IMG/VR virus record: IMGVR_UViG_3300025684_000012 | From: a virus | Strand: one strand, 5' to 3' | Length of the DNA: 64,000 nucleotides | In this document: positions 57,802-64,000 of the stretch, piece by piece | How the letters are laid out: every line of letters begins with the position of its first letter | How positions within the stretch are numbered: the first letter of the stretch is position 1 | Translations under genes and position numbers: made by a program | The notes under the pieces: generated by a model | What the model was told of the DNA's origin: nothing | Databases searched by the model: none | Seen by the model: the letters and a program-made list of their open reading frames with translations, nothing else

Positions 57802-58509
57802 TTAAGCCCCAGCAGATATGTCCTCTAGGACCATTTCTCGGAATTCAGCTGAAGTATCTGTCGTATCGAACACATAAGAAACTGTAACACGCCAACATTC
57901 ACTTTCAGCAGCGTGGTACATCTGCTTTTCTTTCTCTTCATGTGAACCGAAGTATGTGGCTTTACAAGTCCACTTACCAGCGGTATCTTCACACTTGACA
58001 ACTTCCTTTGTCTCGGGGTGAACATAAGAGAAGTGACCATCGCCCGTTTCCGACCAGGTAAAAATTAGGTTATACCCTGGAGCATTGGCATTGTTGTGCC
58101 ATGAAATGAATCCACCTGGAGGGTAGATGGCACATAATGCGTTATGCTTAACAGACAAGAAGTTCATCATTCGGTCGTTAAGCTCACCCAACTTGTTAGT
58201 GAAGTCGCGCTTGAATACTGGATCAGCATCACTCTTAAAGAATGTGTGAGCGCGCTCCGAAAGTTTGAAGTTATAGGCTACTATCATATCGGGGAAGCCT
58301 TCATGAGCTTCGCCCTGATCCATAACCTGCTGGAGATACTCGTCAGACATCCAATGAGGACGTTGAAGAATATGCTCGGCCGCAGTTAGGTGGCAATGTT
58401 CCTCGAGCCCGTCCCACGTGTATAGTTGGGAGTATTCGTTTAAAATATCAAGCAGCTCTGGGTTATTGACATCCACGTGCTTTACATATGATTCGTTAAT
58501 CTGTGTCAT
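57802..58509 (-). CDS. 2OG-Fe(II) oxygenase-like protein, H-x-N type (paralogue 3)
   Basis: YPPGGFISWHNN...FTWSETGDG...YH...RVT. Confidence 0.65.
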   Translation of the reverse strand: MTQINESYVKHVDVNNPELLDILNEYSQLYTWDGLEEHCHLTAAEHILQRPHWMSDEYLQQVMDQGEAHEGFPDMIVAYNFKLSERAHTFFKSDADPVFKRDFTNKLGELNDRMMNFLSVKHNALCAIYPPGGFISWHNNANAPGYNLIFTWSETGDGHFSYVHPETKEVVKCEDTAGKWTCKATYFGSHEEKEKQMYHAAESECWRVTVSYVFDTTDTSAEFREMVLEDISAGA

Positions 58510-59246
58510 AAGATCGGTTTATCCTTTTCTAAGCCAGCAGAGAAGTGACGTAAAATTACGGGTCCTTCTGGCTGAGTTCTCGCCCAATTTAGTGCGTTGT
58601 AATAGTTCCATCTTAAATCGTCATCGAAGATTCCAATGTTAAGATCTTTATATTTTTCTTCTTTATTGGTCAACCACCACAAGCTAAACTGATCCCAAGA
58701 TTTTAATGAGTCAGCATAACCATCAGGCCACCAAGTATCGTTCATCTGCTTATGAGTCAAATCCCACCAATCTTGCATGAACTCACGAACAATGGGCTTA
58801 GACATATCGTATAAACAAACACCACCGCAAAGTATGAATTTAGATTTACCCTCTGGGGTGTCAAAATCCCGCTCAGCGTAGATGTAGTCACGATCATCAG
58901 TAAGTTCAGAGAAAACCATATCATAGTCTTTCATCTCATCCCATACTTTAATAATATCTTCGTGCTCACATTCCATGTCAGCATCAATATACATTGTTAT
59001 GTCATATGGTGATTTCGCCATACCCCATAACTTAGCGCGATAGTGGTCGTCGCAGAAGATAACATCATCAGCAACATCGTAACCACGATCGTCAATAAAC
59101 CTTTCCTCTGTAACTAAGCAAATGTTACAGTCTTCATAATAATCTCTAATGGATTCAGCGAGATTAATAGCGTATAGATAAAAGTTGCGATTTCTGCTCG
59201 CAACTATAACAAATCCCTTACTCTTTTCCATCAGTCCCGGCCTCAA
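58506..59246 (-). CDS. GT-A fold glycosyltransferase
   Basis: AK....KSPYDITMYIDAD (DxD), CGGV, WDQFSLW, RWNY, HFS. Confidence 0.8.
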   Translation of the reverse strand: MRPGLMEKSKGFVIVASRNRNFYLYAINLAESIRDYYEDCNICLVTEERFIDDRGYDVADDVIFCDDHYRAKLWGMAKSPYDITMYIDADMECEHEDIIKVWDEMKDYDMVFSELTDDRDYIYAERDFDTPEGKSKFILCGGVCLYDMSKPIVREFMQDWWDLTHKQMNDTWWPDGYADSLKSWDQFSLWWLTNKEEKYKDLNIGIFDDDLRWNYYNALNWARTQPEGPVILRHFSAGLEKDKPIL

Positions 59247-59679
59247 GAGCTTCTTGTAAAATCATAATTGAATATAAATCAACTTCAATTCTCGATTTAG
59301 CGCGGCGCAGCTTACCCTTGAGCGCACGGTTTTTAGATGCTTTAATCTCATCAACTTCAAATGCTTCTAATTTATAGTTAAATAACTTCTCGAGCTTACG
59401 CGCTTTCTGATGTTCTAAGTCGCGCTGCTTATTCTCATCAGCTTCTGCTTTCTTCCGCGTAACTCGATCTGAAGTCTCTCGATCAATTGCTTCTTCGCCC
59501 AGCGCCTCAACTACCTCTTCGAACATCGCGTTAGGATTACCCTCACGGTCTGTACGATTCAGCTTCATAACCTGTCGAACTTCGCGCCCCTCATCGTCAA
59601 CGATTTCTAGAATACAATTAAGCTGTTGCTTTTCATCTGTTTCCCAGAACGCATTATCAAGCCATTTTTTAGTAGCCAT
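59218..59679 (-). CDS. Hypothetical protein
   Basis: 153-aa ORF with charged helical C-half; first gene of a three-gene cassette. Confidence 0.75.
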   Translation of the reverse strand: MATKKWLDNAFWETDEKQQLNCILEIVDDEGREVRQVMKLNRTDREGNPNAMFEEVVEALGEEAIDRETSDRVTRKKAEADENKQRDLEHQKARKLEKLFNYKLEAFEVDEIKASKNRALKGKLRRAKSRIEVDLYSIMILQEALEAGTDGKE

Positions 59680-59740
59680 CTTATAAAAACTCCAAATAGA
59701 TTAAAAATTCATATCATTCATGTGTTATATATTAGTATAA

Positions 59741-59765
59741 TAAAGTGGGTCTTCCATGACCCACT
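59741..59765 (-). terminator. Terminator after the repeat-protein gene
   Basis: AGTGGGTC-ATGGAA-GACCCACT followed by TTATT. Confidence 0.7.
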
Positions 59766-59796
59766 ATTACCTATATCATACCATACTTCTATGGGG

Positions 59797-62700
59797 TTAG
59801 GCAACCCTTACATACAACGTATACGTCTCAACAATGTTGAACGTTGGCTGGATAGTCATACCAACATAGTTACCAACAAACGCTCGTGAGTAGTTGCCCA
59901 CGAAGTCTCGCGAGTAGTTTCCAGCATAGCCTCTGGCGTATGCCCCAACGTATTCACCTACATATGTTGATACACGGTTACGGGCATAATCATCGGTATA
60001 CGATGATGTACGCGCACGAGAGTATGCGCTAACGCGGGTGCGTGAGAATACATTAGTGTAGTTGCCTGTATATTCACCAGCAAATGCACGACTGTAGTTG
60101 CCTACATAATCCCCAACGAATCCGCGCGAATAGTTTCCGATATACTCGCCAGCAAAGCCACGAGAATAGTTTCCAGCGAATCCGCGAGTATAGTTACCAG
60201 AGTACTCACCAACAAATGTTCTGTTGTATGTGCCGGAGTATTCACCAACAAATGTTCTGCTGTAGTTACCTGCGTATTCACCAGCAAATGCACGACTGTA
60301 GTTGCCAACGAAGTCGCCGGTGTAGTTGCCCACATAATTACCTGTGTATTCACCAGCAAACGATCTAGCATAATTTCCAGTAAATGCTCTCGCATAATTG
60401 CCAACATAGTTACCTACGTATTCACCAGCAAACGATCTAGCATAGTTACCTGCGAAGGTACGAGCATAGTTGCCAATGAAGTTACCAGCAAAGTTCGTTA
60501 CACGATCTCTAGCGTAAGCACTAGAACGAGTACGAGCATAAGCTGAAACGCGAGTACGAACGTACGCGGAGTATCGAGTGCGCGTACTTGTACGTGTAAA
60601 GTCGCCAACGTAGTCTGTAATACGAGTACGAGCATATGCGCTACTACGGGTACGAACGCTTGTACGAACCGAAGTTCTAGCATACTCTCCAACAAAGTCA
60701 CCGACGAAATCCCCGATGTACGAGCTAACGCGAGTATAATACCCAGTACGTGTATAGTCCGCAACATAAGCTCTAGCGTAGTTGCCTACGAAGTTTCCTG
60801 CATAAACCAACGTACGAGCATAGTTGCCAACGAAGTCGCCAGTATAAGTTAACGTACGAGCATAATTACCTACGAAGTCGCCAGTATAAATTAACGTACG
60901 AGCATAGTTGCCAGTGTATGTTACTGCCCTAGTATAGTTTCCTACATAGCTAGCTGCGCGAACTCGAGTATACGCTGGATAGTAAGCACGATCACGAGAA
61001 TACGCTGGATAGTAAGCACGATCACGAGAATACGCTGGATAGTAAGCACGATCGCGTGAGTAACCTAGGACGGTGGTATAGTTAGTAGCTCTCGTCCTAG
61101 TATAATCATATGTTACATTACGAGCATAGTTCCCAGCGTATGTTACTGTGCGCGTGTATATTACAGTTCGCGAATAATATGTAGTGGCGGTTCGTGTGTA
61201 TATCTGAGGATCACCAGGATCTGGCCCTATTGGTGGACTTGGAGGACCAACGTAGTATGATGTTCCAGTTCTAGAGTACGACAGATTTCGCGAATAATAC
61301 CCTATAGCAGCCCTATTACGGGTATAAGCTACTGCACCAGTTCTAGTATAGTTACCTACGAAGTCACCAGTGTAAGTCAATGAACGAGCGTAGTTACCGG
61401 TATAGTAATATACACGAGCATAGTTGCCAGTATAGTATGCTACACGAGCATAGTTGCCAGTATAGTATGCTGTACGGGCATAGTCACCAGTGTAGCTCGC
61501 AGCTCGGGTACGCGTATAATCTAGCGTAGCGGCACGAGCGCGCGTGTATGATGGCGATATTGCATAGTCTGTAATACGTGTACGTGAATACGATGGCGAT
61601 ATTACATAGTTTGTAATACGTGTACGTGAATACGATGGACTCGTGGTGAAGTTGGTTACACGGTCACGGGTATAGGCAGTTGAATAGTTACCAGTATACG
61701 CTAGTACTCGAGTAAAGGTTAATGTCGCAGCGTCATCGCGCGTATAGTTCGTTACCCTGGTACGAGCATAGTTGCCTACGAAGTCGCCAACATAATCGCC
61801 GACAAACCCACGTGCATAGTTACCTACGAAGTCGCCAGTATATGTTGTGGCGTAATTACCGACAAAGTTACCAGCATAGCCGCGCGCGTAGTTACCAGCA
61901 AACCCGCGAGAGTAATCTCCTACGAAGTTGCGGCTATAGTTACCAATAAAGTTACCAGCAAAGTCGGTTACACGGTCACGGGCATACGCCGATGTGCGCG
62001 CGCGAGAGTATGCAGAGACCCGAGCACGGGAATACGTGCCAGTGTAGTCAGCAGAGTAAGTTGAAACGCGAGCTCGTGTATAAACAGATGCGCGTGCACG
62101 CGTGTATACGCCTGTGTAGTCGGCAGAAAATGCCGTGAGACGAGTACGAGCATATGTACTTACGCGATTGCGTGAATACGTGCCTGCATAGGCTGAGACG
62201 CGGTTACGCGAATATGTGCCAGCATAAGACGACACCCTATTACGAGCATACGTACCAGCATAGGCTGAGACTCGGTTACGCGAATATGTACTTACACGAT
62301 TGCGTGAATATGTGCCAGCGTAAGTCGAAATACGATTACGGGCATAGTTATCAGAATAAGCTGAAGAGCGTAAACGAGAATATACTCCTACGAAATCGCC
62401 AGTATATTCCCCTACAAAACCTCGTGAATAATTGCCGGCGAAGTCGCGGCTATAGTTACCAGCGTAATTGCCGACAAATACTTGGCTTGTAGTGCGTGAA
62501 TATGTACCACTAAAGGTAGACACTCTGTTACGCGTGTAGGCTGAAACTCGGGTCTGTACGTAGCTCGAGTTGCGGCTGCGCGTATAATCGATTTGAGCTG
62601 TCGTTAGCTTGGTGTTTACGGCTGTACCAACAACCTTCCACGTACCACCACCGATGGGTGCGCCTTGAGCTGAAGAAAGTAATTGATAGCTACCAATACT

Positions 62701-63366
62701 ACCAACTGACGATCTCAATGTCTTGATACGCTGACCCAACACGTCTTGGATCTCAGCATCAGTCATCTCTTGGAAGCCACCAAAGTTCGAGCCGTCGTAT
62801 CGTACGCGAACGGGACGAACAGCTCCAACGGCCGTCATTGAGTTACGAATATAGATGTGATAGTTTGTAGATACCCCATCCCCACGCGTGTCAGTGAAGA
62901 CGTTCGCTATATGGATAGAGTAATCTGATCCAGGTGAAGATGCTGCCAATCGATAGGTACCGATATAGTCATTCTGGACCATGTTACCGAGTACACGATT
63001 AGCTAAGTTGGATAAGTCCGCGTCTACCATTTCGTAGAAACCGGGATTAGGATCTTGGGCGTAGTAACCTACAGGAATGTTTTGGCCGCTTTCAGTTGCT
63101 GGTCCCGCTACCTGACGAAGGGTCGTAGTAGTTGAACCAGAAGTGATTTGGCTGGCAGGGTGAGTTCCGGGGCTCTGGTTGAAGTATGTATCAACATAAG
63201 AACCGACAGCAACTCCCGTTGGGCTAAGCGTTAGTGAACCAACATCAGTTGGGTTTAGTAATGCTTGTCCTACTGCATACGCCAGATAATTTTCTTCTAA
63301 CGGCGTAAATTCCTTCAGGTCACCATCTGAATTCAGTATTTTTAATGGGATACTAGATGCTGACAC
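59797..63366 (-). CDS. Tyr/Arg/Gly-rich mirror-repeat protein; predicted giant beta-hairpin fibre
   Basis: 1189-aa ORF (GTG start) with late promoter; three ~85-aa N-terminal repeats, then two 445-aa complementary arms around a Pro-rich loop. Confidence 0.85.
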   Translation of the reverse strand: MSASSIPLKILNSDGDLKEFTPLEENYLAYAVGQALLNPTDVGSLTLSPTGVAVGSYVDTYFNQSPGTHPASQITSGSTTTTLRQVAGPATESGQNIPVGYYAQDPNPGFYEMVDADLSNLANRVLGNMVQNDYIGTYRLAASSPGSDYSIHIANVFTDTRGDGVSTNYHIYIRNSMTAVGAVRPVRVRYDGSNFGGFQEMTDAEIQDVLGQRIKTLRSSVGSIGSYQLLSSAQGAPIGGGTWKVVGTAVNTKLTTAQIDYTRSRNSSYVQTRVSAYTRNRVSTFSGTYSRTTSQVFVGNYAGNYSRDFAGNYSRGFVGEYTGDFVGVYSRLRSSAYSDNYARNRISTYAGTYSRNRVSTYSRNRVSAYAGTYARNRVSSYAGTYSRNRVSAYAGTYSRNRVSTYARTRLTAFSADYTGVYTRARASVYTRARVSTYSADYTGTYSRARVSAYSRARTSAYARDRVTDFAGNFIGNYSRNFVGDYSRGFAGNYARGYAGNFVGNYATTYTGDFVGNYARGFVGDYVGDFVGNYARTRVTNYTRDDAATLTFTRVLAYTGNYSTAYTRDRVTNFTTSPSYSRTRITNYVISPSYSRTRITDYAISPSYTRARAATLDYTRTRAASYTGDYARTAYYTGNYARVAYYTGNYARVYYYTGNYARSLTYTGDFVGNYTRTGAVAYTRNRAAIGYYSRNLSYSRTGTSYYVGPPSPPIGPDPGDPQIYTRTATTYYSRTVIYTRTVTYAGNYARNVTYDYTRTRATNYTTVLGYSRDRAYYPAYSRDRAYYPAYSRDRAYYPAYTRVRAASYVGNYTRAVTYTGNYARTLIYTGDFVGNYARTLTYTGDFVGNYARTLVYAGNFVGNYARAYVADYTRTGYYTRVSSYIGDFVGDFVGEYARTSVRTSVRTRSSAYARTRITDYVGDFTRTSTRTRYSAYVRTRVSAYARTRSSAYARDRVTNFAGNFIGNYARTFAGNYARSFAGEYVGNYVGNYARAFTGNYARSFAGEYTGNYVGNYTGDFVGNYSRAFAGEYAGNYSRTFVGEYSGTYNRTFVGEYSGNYTRGFAGNYSRGFAGEYIGNYSRGFVGDYVGNYSRAFAGEYTGNYTNVFSRTRVSAYSRARTSSYTDDYARNRVSTYVGEYVGAYARGYAGNYSRDFVGNYSRAFVGNYVGMTIQPTFNIVETYTLYVRVA
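60971..61060 (-). repeat. 30-bp tandem repeat x3 (YSRDRAYYPA)
   Basis: 60971-61000 is identical to 61001-61030; third copy nearly identical. Confidence 0.9.
61381..61470 (-). repeat. 30-bp tandem repeat x3 (YTGNYARVAY)
   Basis: 61411-61440 is identical to 61441-61470. Confidence 0.9.
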
Positions 63367-63406
63367 TTTTAATCGCTCTCTTTTTTAAAAGTTAATAGGA
63401 TGCGTT

Positions 63407-63414
63407 TATTTATA
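63407..63414 (-). promoter_or_regulatory. T4-type late promoter
   Basis: TATAAATA about 40 nt upstream of the GTG start. Confidence 0.8.
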
Positions 63415-63440
63415 TAAGTTTTATCCTTACAGATAATCAA

Positions 63441-63478
63441 AAGACTAGTGCATCTCTATTAGGACATCCACTAGTCTT
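63441..63478 (-). terminator. Hairpin, possible terminator
   Basis: 10-bp inverted repeat AAGACTAGTG / CACTAGTCTT followed by a short T run. Confidence 0.5.
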
Positions 63479-63520
63479 AGTGTAAGCTATTTATCAGTCA
63501 AAGTCAACACAAAAAATAAC

Positions 63521-63549
63521 TTGACTATAATAACTTTTCATAGTATAGT
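63521..63549 (+). promoter_or_regulatory. Antisense sigma70-type promoter
   Basis: TTGACT-N17-TATAGT on the plus strand, with upstream A-tract. Confidence 0.6.
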
Positions 63550-63579
63550 ATTTCTACCAGAAAGGGGAGAGAATATATG

Positions 63580-63993
63580 TTATGGTTGCATGGGCCATAC
63601 CAATTCCTCTAAACTAGCAGGGTTGTCTAATGTTGACGGAAAGTCGCGTAGTTGTTGTCTATATACTGCCCACGCCTGCTTTTCCTCTTCTGTTAATGGT
63701 GCATCGGGAGATTGAGTCCAATCCGATTTGTATAGTTTATTGTTACGTATACCCTTGATGTCGTTCATGAATGCCACAGCATCCCACTCCCAATCAGTAC
63801 CATTATATATAGCGTGACGATTTGGAGGTTTTCCTACATATACGAACGATGATCCATCCCAAAAATGCAGTAAGGGGTTCCAACCAGGGCCCATGAAGCC
63901 TTCTGTCATTCTATCAGGCGTCACGTGAACTGTGGTAATCCCATTTTCAGTACCTTCTGGTGGTACTGATGCTTGAGGAAATTCTACACACAT
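63580..63993 (-). CDS. Tail fibre assembly chaperone-like protein (may extend beyond window)
   Basis: C-terminal RN..L..SDWTQ.PDAPL......W..YRQ.LRD.P......WP motif. Confidence 0.8.
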   Translation of the reverse strand: MCVEFPQASVPPEGTENGITTVHVTPDRMTEGFMGPGWNPLLHFWDGSSFVYVGKPPNRHAIYNGTDWEWDAVAFMNDIKGIRNNKLYKSDWTQSPDAPLTEEEKQAWAVYRQQLRDFPSTLDNPASLEELVWPMQP

Positions 63994-64000
63994 GATACGG

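Noticed and set aside
59866-62586. DNA-level inverted repeat or RNA hairpin explaining the mirror symmetry
   Set aside because: In the mirror-position segments I compared, the DNA is not reverse-complementary; the symmetry appears only in the amino-acid pattern.
59797-63366. CRISPR array or diversity-generating retroelement in the repetitive region
   Set aside because: Repeats are in-frame, degenerate at third codon positions and lack unique spacers; no cas or reverse transcriptase gene, and no adenine-specific template/variable pair seen.
63521-63715. Plus-strand 64-aa ORF as the product of the antisense promoter
   Set aside because: Its start coincides with the -35 box and it overlaps the chaperone gene; a shorter peptide cannot be excluded but is unsupported.

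Overview
A 64-kb segment of a large T4-like myovirus genome. Its gene content (hsp20, peroxiredoxin, many 2OG oxygenases, long fibre genes) resembles marine T4-like phages; the host cannot be determined from sequence. Essentially all genes are on the minus strand. From the left: small early hypotheticals (1-5.7 kb); the replication/recombination block (dsbA, 41, 40, uvsX, 43, regA, 62, 44, 45, 46, 47, 55, uvsW, uvsY); tRNA-Thr; head, tail and packaging genes (3, 23, 22, 21, 68/67, 20, 19, 18, 17, 16, 15, 14, 13); then a fibre/virion-appendage cluster. Sugar-activation, glycosyltransferase, sulfotransferase and seven oxygenase genes are interleaved among the core genes. The main discovery is the 1189-aa protein at 59797-63366. 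Residues 261-705 and 723-1167 mirror each other in a strict pairing code (Y:Y, R:F/Y, R:G), in unbroken register (i+j=1428) for 445 residues around a Pro-rich loop, and tandem duplications are matched on both arms. It reads as a self-complementary protein, probably a giant beta-hairpin fibre. Other notable signals: three paralogous oxygenases with an H-x-N metal motif, Asp-Ser enrichment in virion proteins (candidate glycosylation sequon), a ROSE-like thermometer on hsp20, an RBS-occluding hairpin around a late promoter, and two identically spaced back-to-back promoter cassettes firing antisense.
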